In this document: positions 13,568-25,449 of the stretch, one piece after another
How positions within the stretch are numbered: position 1 is the stretch's first letter
Layout of the letters: each line of letters starts with the position of its first letter
Assembly (NCBI GenBank): GCA_965178125.1
Contig: OZ237761.1
Coordinates: 434,001-498,000, forward strand
DNA length: 64,000 nt
Direction: 5' to 3'
From: Bilabrum cf. latius
Taxonomy: Eukaryota
Program-made: the position numbers and the translations under genes
Notes under the pieces: model-generated
Databases searched by the model: none
Seen by the model: only the letters and a program-made list of their open reading frames with translations
What the model was told of the DNA's origin: nothing

Positions 13568-15412
13568 ATGTCGACCCACACATTTGTGGCAACAGTAAGT
13601 CTCCTAGCAGCAATAGGCTTGGTTGCACCAGCAGGCTCCTCGCTCAGTGGTCCAGAGGCACAAACTGAATGCGGCCAAGTTTTGGGCGTTCGCAACTCCA
13701 CCCTGTTGGTTGATGCATATTTAGGAATCAAGTACGGCGCAAGTCCAACAGGAGCAAGGCGCTTTGCAGATGCCGTCCCGCTGCGTGATGCTGGGGAGTG
13801 TTGGGCCCCCCAAGTTTGGAATGCCACCTCTTTTCGAGACTATTGCGTCCAGTCTGGGCAGTTTCAGGAGGGCGGGAGCGAGGACTGCCTCTTCTTGAAT
13901 GTGTGGATGCCCATGAATGTACAAAATGCTCCAGTGATGGTGTATAGCTACGGTGGGGATCTCACTGACGGGCGGACCAACACGTATGATATGGGCATTC
14001 TTGCCAGCGAGACCGGCGCGGTGGTTGTATCCATGAATTACAGAGTAAACATATTCGGCTTCCTTGCTGCTGGTGCTCTGTCACGCACCAGCGCCAAGAA
14101 GGGCGGCCGCCCGTCCTCTGGCAACTACGGCTTCACGGACCAGATTCAGGCGCTCCGGTGGGTGCAGCGCAACATCCGGTCCTTTGGGGGCGATCCGTCC
14201 CGGGTCATGTTCTTTGGATAGAGCAGCGGAGGCACCTCCGCGTTCGCTCTGCTGGGCAGCCCGCAGGCAACGGGCCTCTTTCGAGCGGCGCTGAGCCTGA
14301 GTGGGAGCGCCAACTTGACCGCCGGGCTACCCGAAGCGGAGGAGTCCCATGCTGCCATAGTCGAGGCACTCGGGTGCGACAGCGGCAGCAATGGCGACGA
14401 AGAGGTCGTGGCGTGCCTCCGGAAAGCTTCCCCGGAGTCTATCGTGGCAGCCGTGCCCAAGGCCTGGGACACCTCCAAGGCGCTGTGGTCTTGGCCGCCC
14501 GCTTCTGCCGCCGCATCCGGGGCCATGGACTACAAGCCCATTGCGATCGTTGATGGGCACGTGGTCAAATACCCGCTTCTCGAGGCCCTGAATCCGCAGG
14601 TGAGGGCTCGGCTTCACCCGGGAGTCGCGGTGGTGATTCAGAGCATGGGGCAGGAGGCAGATGCCCAGCCGGGGACCGTGTTCGATGGCGTGTCCAGGGC
14701 CGAGTTCGAGCAACAGGCCAGGAAGGAGTTCGGACCATGGGGCGACAAGGCTGCTCCCATGATCTTGGAAGCGTACAACGCCTCACTGTAGGCGTAGGAC
14801 GGAGGGCCGCAGATGGCGTTTGCCGAGATCTTGGGGGGATACGGCATGCAGTGCGCCAACAATGCTCTCGGTATGGCTGGTATTGGCGCTGCTACAAGAG
14901 CACAGCTTAGCAGCCGGAGCGGTGTTGTTTCTGCAGCAGATCTAGTCGGCAGCAGCGAAAGCAGGGCGGGGGCTGCGCAGGCGGGCCCTCTGTACGTGGT
15001 GGAGGTGCAGGCCAGGCCCAGCCACCCGATCTGGGGGTTCGATCCGTCTTACCAGCCGCGTTACGCCTTCCATTCTTTCGATATCGTGGCCGGTTTGGGT
15101 CACTGGGACCTGTGGAGCAAGCAGCACGGCAAGCCTGCGTTTGTGCCGAACGTGGAAGACGAGGCATTCGGCCGGGCCATGCGGACCATGTTTGGTGCTT
15201 TGGCCGAGGAGGGCTCGCTGGAGGGACTCGATGGATTTAAACCGTTCGATAGTGAGTGTTCTCAGCGATTCGGTGGTGCTGGCAAATGCAATGGCACTGT
15301 GGTTGTGATCGGGCAGGGGGGCAAAGCCGCGCCTCTGGCGAGCGCTCACGCCAAGCAGTGCGACGCGTGGGCCGCCCTGGGATTTGGACAAGGCTACTGG
15401 TGGTGCAATTGA
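13568..15412 (+). CDS. Secreted type-B carboxylesterase (COesterase family; TAG at 14219, 14789, 14795)
   Basis: Signal-peptide-like N-terminus, SEDCLFLNVW, SMNYRVNIFGFL, GNYGFTDQIQALRWVQRNIRSFGGDP, nucleophile elbow FG*SSGG and YAFHSFD. Three ORF fragments share a frame; ends TGA. Confidence 0.9.
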
Positions 15413-15585
15413 GCTGTTTGGCAGTCTGGGGCAAGCATGCAAAATAGCTGCGTGATTCCAATCCGGAGTTGATATGGTCGAGTGACGTCGCGACGTTGGC
15501 TCCAGAACAACCGGATTCGGACTACGAAAGCAGCCAGGCCGCCGCTTGGTTTTACAAGTACTTTGCAAATTTTATCCAGAGAAGT

Positions 15586-17502
15586 ATGCAGGACGGTAAA
15601 GAGTCCGCAAAGCAACGTTTGCTGCACGAATACGACGGGAGTGACCAGGCCGCAGTTGCTCCAAAACTGGCTGATCAGAAGAGTGATAAGGCCAGTGTTA
15701 CAGCAGAAGCAAGTCCAGATTGCTGCATGTGCTGCTCCCCGTCCCTTGCCGGGTGGTTCCTGGGAGCTGATCCGCAGGAAAGTGACTAGGCACTCGTGGC
15801 ATTAGGCCAGTGGTTTGACCTATGGTGGCCGATTTCATTGAACACGGTCCTTCGGATGGGCTTCCTTGTCATTGATTTGTCGTTCCTGGGACATTTGGGC
15901 ACGAAAGAGTTGGCGGGGGCAGCGGTTGGCAACAGCTTCATCTTCTTGACTGCAGCGTCTCTGTGGCGGTCTGCCGGTGGTGCGACCGGCGTCCTGGCTT
16001 CGCAAAGCGTAGGAGCAGGCAACAAGCGACTCTCTGCTATATGGTTACAAACCGGCATATATGTGGGTTTCATGTTGTGCATTCCTGTCGCGCTCCTGTG
16101 GATCTTCAGCGAGCCAGTTCTCGTCGGCCTTGGGTACAAGGAGAGCGAAGCCGTTCTGGCGGCTCGATTCTGCCGCCTCTTTGCCATCGGACTGCCGCCC
16201 ACGGTCGTGTTCTACGCGGTGACAGCGTGGCTCCAATCCCTCAGCATCGTGCGCCTGTCGCTGATCGTCAGCGCCGTGATGGTGGGCCTCAACGTCGCCC
16301 TCAACATTTTGCTCATCCACGGCTTTAGGTTCTTTGACCCGTCCAACGAGTCCCTCTGGCCGGGGCTGGGCTTCGACGGCAGCCCAATCGCCACTGCGCT
16401 CGGGCGCTGGCTCTCCCTTGGTGTCATGTTCTTGCTGATGGCGCTGTGGGACGGGGACCACCACAAGGCCTGGAAGGAGTCGGGCATTCAGATCAGGGAG
16501 GCGCTGGACCCGTCCAAGCTGTGGGAATGGGGCGCAAAGCAGTTCCTCCCCATGGTGGGGGCTGGCCTCGTGTACGAGGTGTAGGTGCAGCTGCTGGCAT
16601 ACCTTGCAGCGAGGCTAGCACCCTCCGCGCTCTCGGCGCACACGAGCTTCCAGGACCTCTTCTACCTACTTACATCGGCGGTGTACGCGGGTTCCTCCGC
16701 CACCAGCACAAAGACGGGCCACTACCTGGGGGCAGGGCAGCCCGAATGGGCGAAACGGATCGCGTACTTCTCCATCAAATTCGCCGCGGCCGCTGCCTTG
16801 CCCGTGAGCGCCGTGCTTCTGGGGCTTCGGTGGAGAGTGGGGTATTTGTTCTCCACGGACGGGGATGTGCTGCCGTGGTTCGGCCAGATCGCGCTGATCG
16901 TGGGGTGCGGCTGGCCCGTGGTGTCTGCCAACTACACGCTGATGGGCATCATCGGGGGGCAGGGCAGAGCCACCATCCGGTCGTACGTCGGGCTCGCCGC
17001 GGGCTGGGGAGTGGTGGTCCCTTGTGCCCTGGTGGCCGAACTGGTGCTGCATTGGGAGGTGTACGGCCTGTGGGGATCCACAGCGGCGGGCTGGCTGGTG
17101 TCTGCAGTGCTGCTGACCGCGGCCTTTCTTTGGAGCGACTGGGAGGATCTGGCTCGGTAGGCCAAGGAACGTTCCTTAGGGAACAAAAATGCAGGCAGCG
17201 GGAAGGAAGCACCCCAAGTCGACGATGAACGAGGGGATGGGCACGGGAGTGGGCATCGGATGGGAGTGGCCTAGCGTGCCGACTGCGAGGCGGCCGGGAC
17301 CGTATCGGGGAGTGTTGGCGGTATGTACACGGTATCTGGAGGGGAAGGGATGGACAGCGGCGAGAATGGCGGGGCAAGAGCTGTGGGGAAGCACCAGGGG
17401 TGGTCTACCGGTGGGCGAGCGGGAGATAGCGAGCACCAGCGGTGGCCCGCTGACACGGGAGGCTCGCTGAACGATGCCGGGGGACAGTCACATGAAGTGT
17501 AA
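15586..17502 (+). CDS. MATE family efflux transporter (TAG at 15787, 16582, 17158, 17272)
   Basis: IDLSFLGHLGTKELAGAA, LASQSVGAGN, GLGFDGSPIAT, second repeat half starting after the TAG at 16582, C-terminal WSDWEDLAR. Many TM segments; ends TAA 17500-17502. Confidence 0.88.
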
Positions 17503-17633
17503 GATATCAAGGATCACTGGGTTTTTTTGGCCGAGTTGCCGCGCACGGTAGATATCAACGACTCCGATCGGCGGCCTTGGCGAGGCACAATAAATCCACG
17601 TCACGAGACCAGCTGCAGAATCTTCGCTTCGCA

Positions 17634-18732
17634 ATGTCTGATCCATTCGGCAAGGAGCCCATTTCTGGCCTGGTTGTGATGGATGCGGCTAAATTCAGCG
17701 AGTCTGGACCGGTGGTGCGACCGGGGGCCCGCAGGGCAAAGATTGGCGTGCTGGCACTGCAAGGCGCATTCAAGGAGCACGTTGCCCTCCTAAAAGCATG
17801 CGGAGCTGAAGCCATCGAGGTTCGCAAGGAAGCCGAATTGGATGAATGCGATGGTTTAGTATTACCGGGAGGAGAGAGTACGGCGATGACACTGATTGCA
17901 CAGCGCACTGGGATGGTAAGTGCACTTGCACTTTCCCTATGAAATGGCATGGCCGTGCTTGTCTGCACAACACTGCGCTGCAAATCGCTAATAAGGTTTG
18001 GTCGCTCTTATGATCTCGCAGTGGGAGCCCTTGAAGCGCTGGTTATCGACGACATCCAAGCCAACTTGGGGCACGTGTGCCGGCATGATCCTTCTGGCAG
18101 ACAGAGCAACAGGAACAAAGTCGGGTGGGCAGCCTCTTCTTGGCGGTCTAGACGTGACAGTGCATAGAAACTACTTTGGGTCACAAGCATAGAGTTTCGA
18201 GTCTCCTATTTTGGTGTCGGATGACGTTCGTGCTGGTTTGGGTGTATCCGCTTCGGAGAAGCTGCCAGGCGTGTTTATCCGAGCACCAGCGGTGCTCTCC
18301 GTCGGTCCATCCGCCACGCCCATAGCTACAGTAAAGGCTCGACCCGGGGACGCAAGCACCCCGGCATGGGCGCAGGGCAAGGGGCTGGAAGCCGGCATGG
18401 AGGGGGTGGAGGCAGTGGCAGCCAAGGCAGGGGAGGGTGCGGGCAGCGCGGGCAGCGCCGGGGATGCTGGCAGTGGAAGCGCAGCAGCAGGCTCCGGGCC
18501 GGCGAGCTTCCCAAGTGGCCTGGACAGCAGCGACATCGTGGTGGGCGTCAGGCAGGGTGACCGTTTCCTTGCGACCGCGTTCCACCCAGAGCTGACGTCA
18601 CACCTGGGCTGGCACCGAATGTTCGTGAACATGGTGGAGCAGCACGTTAGCAAGGCAGCGGGCGCTGCATCTGCCGCCAAGGTCCCATCGGGGCCTGAGT
18701 TGGCTGCTGCAGCCTCAGTCGGAGGAGACTGA
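17634..18732 (+). CDS. PDX2: Pyridoxal 5'-phosphate synthase glutaminase subunit (exons 17634-17915, 18022-18732; TAG at 18190)
   Basis: [61 protein letters not shown]. Intron GTAAG...CTCGCAG 17916-18021 joins the frames; ends TGA. Confidence 0.93.
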
Positions 18733-18974
18733 CTGGCGGGCAGTTGGCTGCTGCAGCCCCAGCGGATGATCAGCCTCGCTGCAGGCATGACCGCCAGATC
18801 GAGGCCGAAGGATGCGTTCGACTCGGTAGAGGACTAGTTTGGTTGCAAAACTGAGTCTTGCACAGCAAAAACACGATTATTGATTGCTTGACCCACATGT
18901 CGCACTTCCCTTCCCTCCCCCCATGCCCCTGTCAGACACTGGCACAGATCTCACGGCGCTGCCTCCCACTATGC

Positions 18975-21061
18975 TTAATCTTCAACGCGCACTGGCACCA
19001 TGAAACCCGTCTCCACCTCCTCGTTACAGATGGCTTCGTTGTTGTGGTACAGCGTGGAATCATTGGCGAAGTATGCGTTCATGGGTGGCGCCTTGGCCCC
19101 GTATACCTCCAGCCTCTGCTTGAGGGACTGAATCAGAGAGGCGTAGTTGGGATCACCGGCCAGGTCGTTGTGTTCCCCAGGATCGGCAGTCACGTTGTAG
19201 AGGCAGGCTGGGTGGCACGGGGGCGAGTCCGGCTGGTGCGCGTGGACGGAGCCGACCCTGCAGTGGTTGGTGCCTGGCTCCGTCTGCCCACCAGACTGGC
19301 CCCAGGGCACTGGCGAGTCACCCGGCTCCGGCCAAGCGAGCGTCCGCGGGTCGCCTGGCTTCCCGACGATGATTTTCATGTCTCCCTGCTGCATGGCAGT
19401 GACATTCTCCGTGAAGTGATTGTTCGAGACCTGGTGCACCACCTCGTTCCTTGGTGAGGGGGCGCCGTGCATGATGGCATCCCATTGGTTGAGCGAGTCC
19501 ACGGGCGTCGGGCCTGTATGGCTGGGAATGGTCCCGCCCACCACGCCCTCCACGATCGTCCGCTACCAGTCTGCCATGTGCATGAGGCCGCTGTACGTAG
19601 TCCCTCGCCGCTGCTCCGGCACCAGGCCCCCGGACGCGAAGGCAAACACCCTGACACCGCCATCCCAGAACGTGTGCTTGCCTCCCCGCAGTGGGGCGTT
19701 GGGGCAGTGGTCAAGCGGCCCCCCTGCGGGATACAAACCAGGAAAAGTACGGCTCAATATACATGTATGCAAGTGCAAGGAGGATCAGAACGGAGCGAAT
19801 CACCGATCGTGTGCTCGATGCCCTGGCGGTGCCTGGCGGACGAATGGACAGATGGTCAAGTGGACGAGCGGGCAAACACTGACAGGCGGACACGCGGACT
19901 CACCGTTGTCACTGGTCATTACGATCAGCGAGTCCTCGTACATGCCCTTCTGCTTCAGCGCACTCGTCACGTTCCCCACCAGGTAGTCGAGCTCCGTGGT
20001 CACCGCGGACTGGGCCTTGTACGTGTCGTTCTTGACGAAAGGGTACTCTTCCACGGTCTCGCAGGGACTCTGGATGCCCTGGGTGGACTTGTCCTTGCCG
20101 CAGGCGAGGTGGACGTTCTGCGCGTGTTGTGCTAAAGGAAGGACGGGACTTGGATTCACGATATATCCTCTCCTACACACCCGCAGAGATCGGGCATTGC
20201 TGCTCAGTGGCCCACGGGGGCACACACATCAAAGCTTGCTGCCAGTGGCGGTGGCATGCAGTGCCATGCAGTGCTATTCTCTCTTGTCTTCGGCTCACCT
20301 GGGGGGCGATGTACAGGTACAGGGGTGCATCTTTGCCTGGCTCATGCTTGTTGATGATGTCCAGGGCGTACCGAGTGAACTGGTGCGTTGAATACGTTCC
20401 GTTGGTCGGCTCGTCGTGGAACGTGGAGGCGCCGTGAATGCTGCGGTTGTGGGCCAACGAGAAGTCCTGCTCGAAGCCTGTCGAGTTGTGGCAACGGTCC
20501 GCCCCTGGGTCCGTATGAAAGAACAGATCTGCATTGCAGGCCTTGGAGTAATAAAATGCAGTGTCAAAGCCCTTGAAAGTGGGCTGGCACTCTTTTACTG
20601 CGTATCCAACGTCCCATTTGCCGATCATGTGCGACTGCATGCCAGACTGCCGGAGCAGCTCTGGCGTGAGGGCATAATCCTGCAAGCACTGATTCGGGCC
20701 ATTACTCATGTCATAGAACCCTACATTGAATGGATAGCGCCCTGACATGAGGGAGGCACGGCTTGGAGCGCAAATCTTGAAGGTAAAAAAGCGATCTAGC
20801 ACAACGCCAGAAGACATCAGCTCGTCGATTGCCGGTGTTTTTGTCAGCCCACCCGTCCTTAGACCAGTGTTACTCCAGCCTAGATCGTCGGCCATGATAT
20901 GCACGCTGCGGGACGGATCAGTGCATGCATGTAATACCTATGCTGAGTACTGTAATACTGTTCGATTTCTCGTGCGCATGCCTGAGCTTGCCTCACATTG
21001 TCGGGGAGGCTGCCAGTACACACGGAAGAAACATGACGATAGACTACTTCAAGAAAGACAT
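18975..21061 (-). CDS. Arylsulfatase B/I/J-like sulfatase (exons 21061-20997, 20905-20299, 20117-19904, 19723-18975; TAG at 21044, 19563)
   Basis: Spliced product has a signal peptide, PTIVHIMADDLGW, CAPSRASLMSGRY (CxPxR), GKWDVG, APQNVH, SDNGGP, NAPLRGGKHTFWDGGVR and LYNVTADPGEHNDLA. Three GTGAG..CGCAG introns; ends TAA. Confidence 0.9.
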
Positions 21062-21921
21062 GGCCGGTCAGCAGCTCCAGAGAGAGATACAGAGAGTAAA
21101 ATCAACGGAATCCGGAATCATCAAGTAACGCGCGGTTTCGCGGAGAGCGCACAGACGATATAGCAGGGCCGGCACGCACAAGGCACGACTGCACGTGCCT
21201 CATACTCGCGCCTGTGCACCGTAGCAGGCACCACTCTAGGGACGGACAATCCAAAGACGCCAATTTAGCACAAGAACTTTCGTGGCTTCCCAACGCGCGG
21301 GTATCCGGAATTCGGATTGCGGATGCCTCAGGCCTACATCCTGTACTCTCTATAAGGGCTTGATGCACCATGCATGCAAACGGTATGCGCTATCGCCGCA
21401 TCGTGGTTTCCGCAATGAGCAGCCGGGGGACAGCCACTGGCATGACCACATACCGTCACCACTGGCTCACCCACCAGGCCTGCCAGCCACCGCTGGCCCA
21501 CCCTCGCGCGTGCCAGATCGTAGAGCTGACCCGATTCAGAATACGACCGCTGCAGTGGCACTTGTAGCATTTGGCCTAGCAAACAATGGCCATGGCTCCA
21601 TCTTGGCTGTGGCAAGCATATGCTTGCCACCGGAAAGCGCCACGATCGCAGGCGTCCTGCACCAAACTGACCTACGGAGGAAAGGCACGGTTTGACTCTC
21701 GGTCACAAAATGAGTATTCCGGCCGCACCATCGCGCGGGCTGTTTCTACTTTGGAGGCCCCAGCACGGGCATCACATGCGCCCCGACCGCGCGAAGGGTA
21801 TGTGTCGTGCAGCCGCCGTGGCGCCCCATCGTCGAGCACCAAGTAAGGCCCTCGAAACACATCTGTTGAAATTGGTGCTAGCAACGAATGTGGGCATTTC
21901 CAAGAGCCCGGGAGCGACTAT

Positions 21922-22152
21922 TCAAGCCTTTTCGTTGTCTGAGGCCACCACGTCGCCCTTCGCGTCCTTCTGTACCGCAATTGCTTGACTAGCTCGACCA
22001 TTCTGCACTGGATCTTTGGTTGGAATGCTGGGCTTGGAAGCCTGTCCCTTCGGCTGTGGTCGAACATATTTCTCCCACCCTGCCCATGCGAGCCCAACTG
22101 CCAAACCCAATGCAACTAGCTACGACGCCTCTCCGACGGTCCGGGCACGCAT
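21922..22152 (-). CDS. Possible small single-TM protein (~76 aa; TAG at 22120)
   Basis: MRARTVGEAS*LVALGLAVGLAWAGWEKYVRP... ending TGA, with one hydrophobic segment. No recognised family. Confidence 0.35.
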
Positions 22153-22445
22153 CCCGCGTCGTGTATTTGTGCTAAGGAAGAATTCCTTTCTATTCGTAGA
22201 CCCCACTGAGACCAGTATCTTCTGAAACCACTGATGGCGTTGCGAGTGGCAGATTCCGGACGGCCAAATAAATTCAATTCGCCGGAGAGTCTCCGGCGGA
22301 GACGGAGTGCGTGAAACTACATGAACGGTGCGGAGACATTTTGAATTGCCGTCTTGTTGATTGGGGGAAAATGCCTTGAAATATCAGTCAACATGCCAAA
22401 CACTCCAGGGCATCGGCCCCCTACCTGAACGGCGGGCAATCGCGC

Positions 22446-23346
22446 TTACTTGGCCATCATCATGTCCACGAACTCCTCGTAGTTGATCTGGCCATCGCCA
22501 TCCACATCAGCCTCGCGGATCATCTCATCGACCTCCTCGTCAGTGAGCTTCTCACCGAGGTTGGTCATGATGTGGCGCAGCTCGGCGGCCGAGATGAACC
22601 CGTTGCCGTCCTTGTCGAACACCTTGAAGGCCTCCTTGATCTCCTCGGCGGAATCGGTGTCCTTCATCTTGCGGGCCATCATGGTCAGGAACTCGGGGAA
22701 GTCAATGGTTCCGTTGCCGTCGGCGTCGACCTCGTTGATCATGTCCATCAGCTCGGCCTCCGTGGGGTTCTGGCCCAGGGAGCGCATCACGGTGCCCAGC
22801 TCCTTGGTGGTGATGGTCCCATCACTGCGGACAAACAAAAAGAAACGAGACGCGCGGAATCAGGCGGTACATGTTGGATCCACAGACGGTGTAGGGCATG
22901 GCACCAACGGCTATTCGGACCGGTTCCTCACCCGTCCTTGTCGAACAGGGAGAAAGCCTCTGCGAAAGTTGGATTGAAGATGGATTTTGTTGGTTGCATT
23001 GTGAGACCGGCATTTGCCCTCATTGGAAGAGAAAGGAGGAGGCGTTGCCAACTTTAGGTGGCCGCTGGGTATCTCACCCTTGAACTCGGCGATCTGCTCC
23101 TCGGTCAACTGATCTGCGCGACATATTTAAGTTAGTTATATATATACGAAGGTCAGACTGCTCACGGTCGCACGCGACCGATACATCGAGCATGACAAGG
23201 TCCAAAATGTACGCGGTTGACGTCCGCGTGGAGAGTCATTGAAAGTCTGGTCATTTTGAGACTGTGCGCGGCATACACCACCCAAAATCGTCTGTTTGAT
23301 TTATTTGCCCCGCTATTCATCGGCTCAAATCATCCTCACCAGCCAT
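22446..23346 (-). CDS. CaM: Calmodulin (exons 23346-23340, 23113-23078, 22959-22932, 22824-22446)
   Basis: Splicing three GTGAG...CGCAG introns gives [56 protein letters not shown]...[10 protein letters not shown], followed by TAA. Confidence 0.98.
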
Positions 23347-23913
23347 ATTATACCTATTAAGTTAGTTATGAAAATGAACCTGGCGCCCAACAGAACAATA
23401 TTTTTGTCTCGAAGATCGATAGTACGGAACGTTCATGAATGGGAAGCTCAGCTGGCTGGGCTCACTCGGCCCAGTCTCCCCCAACCATCTGCTACAGTAA
23501 GCATATAAAGATCGATTGAGTAAGCCTGTTTGACACTCTAGTTTAACATGCTTCGATGCTATCCATTCTCGTGCTACGGTGGTGCTGTCGCGGTGAGCGT
23601 CAAGTGGGGCTGGTGTAGCTGCGGTGGTTCAGCCAAAAGCCCATGCTTGGTATCCCAGTGCCACCGGTCTAGGGCAGGATGGCACACCCTCCGGCTAGTC
23701 GTCCTCGTGGCGTATGGACCCACACTGCCGGGCCACCCTGAGGCCACCCGGTGGCCGCCGGCGCCACCGCAGGATCCGGATTTGTAGTGTGACGAGCGAA
23801 GTCTTCGGCGAATTAGACTGAGCCGAAACAGCTACAGCCTGATCCCAGCAGGGACAATACAGTGAATTCAATCAAGTTTTCCACTCTAGTTTTGCAGTCG
23901 TTAGCGGTGTAGG

Positions 23914-25449
23914 ATGGTATCAGCCGGACAAGTTGTGGTATTGGGCGGAATTTTCGTGTTTTTGGCGATCGCTGGGGTCGTTTCGTGCGGGGATCCAAGC
24001 CAGAACAACTTGCTGGGGCGGGCTGCCCGACTTCTTCGTTACTAGATTCCGTCAGCGCTGGATGCTTGCTTCTAGAGAATCGGCCTGGGATTCATTCCAT
24101 CGGGTGCGAGGGCTGTGTTTGTTTGCTGCTTCCTCAGGAGGAACCCAATCGTGGCAATAGGGTACATGATCTTGGTATGGGGGGGCTTTATACTGTTTGT
24201 AATTGTAGGATACCCGAAGTTTCCAAACCCCTACGTGCCAGAGTGGCACAAACCCATCGGATACTTCGTGATGGGTCTCTGCATCGTGTCGTTCCTGCTC
24301 GCGGCCCTGTCGGACCCGGGAATCGTCACAAAGGAGAACGTAGACACCTACTTGGAAGTGTATGGCAATGATGGAGTAGTTTACAAGGGCGGGCGGCTGT
24401 GCGAGACGTGTAGTATCGAGAAACCGGCCCGGTCCAAGCACGACAAGAGCCTGGGCAAGTGCGTTGCCAAGTTCGACCACTACTGCATTTGGTTGCACAA
24501 TGCCGTGGGGGAGCGCAACTATAGGTGGTTCCTCATGTTTCTCACGTCCCATTGCTGGATGTTGCTCTACTGCGCGTGGGCGGTCTCGATGCATTTTAGG
24601 CACGAGATTGAGACCAAGCAGCTGCTCACTCAGACTTTCAGGCACCGGGCGTCCGGCCGGGTGATCAAGGGCAGCTGGTCGGTTGTATTCCGCTACTTCA
24701 TGTACACGGAGCAGGAGCTCATGATGATCCTGGTGCTCTGCGGCGTCATGGGCGTGGTGGTGACCCTCTTTTTGCTCTACCACGTCTACCTCGCCTCGCA
24801 CAACCTTACCACCAACGAGACCATCAAGATCGGGTACCTGCGCTGGCTGCGGGAGGACGCCAAGCAGAGGAAGGAGAAGTCGCTGGAGCTCAGGGGAGAG
24901 GTGGGCGCGCAGCTGGTGGAGGCGGAGGCGAAGCTGCGGGAGCTGGAGAGGGAGGTGGCCAGGGAACAAGAGCAGCAAGGGGAAGGGGGCGGCGACCCGA
25001 GCCAGGGGCAGGGGCAGGGGCAGGAGGAACAAGGGTAGAGCGAGCGTCTCCGCGCCATGCGTGACGTGGTGGACAGGCTCAAGGGCATGCTCAGTGCACA
25101 GACGGACCCTCTCCCCCCTCGGCCTCACGTGCTCTGGTCAGGCTCGATGTGGGCGAACTGGAGGGACGCTCTGCTCCCGAGGGTGTGGTACGCCAAGCGA
25201 GACAAGAACATCCGGTATCGGGGTCCCTTGCGCTCCAGGTCCCAGGCGGACAGGGGGGTGTTCCAAGCCACCGGCAGAGAATCGGAAGGGACCAGCGCTG
25301 GGGCCGGGGCGGGCGATGGATCTGGAGGGGGCGCGGTGGGGGCAACGGGCAAGGAGAAGCAGCCGAAGGGAGCCAACACCAAGGATGGCAAGCTGACCAG
25401 GCGCAGGAGAAAGCAGCAGGGGTAGGGCAAGAGCAAGAGGAAGGGGTGA
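23914..25449 (+). CDS. DHHC-family (DHYC variant) protein S-palmitoyltransferase, Swf1/ZDHHC4-like (TAG at 24043, 24073, 25036, 25423)
   Basis: N-terminal TM, SDPG, CETCSIEKPARSKH...CVAKFDHYCIWLHNAVGERNYRWF, NLTTNE. Frame open from ATG 23914 to TGA 25447-25449 except for TAGs. Confidence 0.88.

Noticed and set aside
21150-21900. Possible gene (e.g. + strand 21370-21846 through two TAGs)
   Set aside because: No recognisable domain, and competing frames on both strands; unresolved.
22446-23346. Avoidance of TAG in highly expressed genes (calmodulin uses only CAG)
   Set aside because: Only four Gln codons; too few to support codon-bias claims.
23785-23836. Hammerhead-like TGACGAG...CGAAAC
   Set aside because: Core reads GUGACGA rather than CUGANGA, and stems I/III with a cleavage triplet could not be built.
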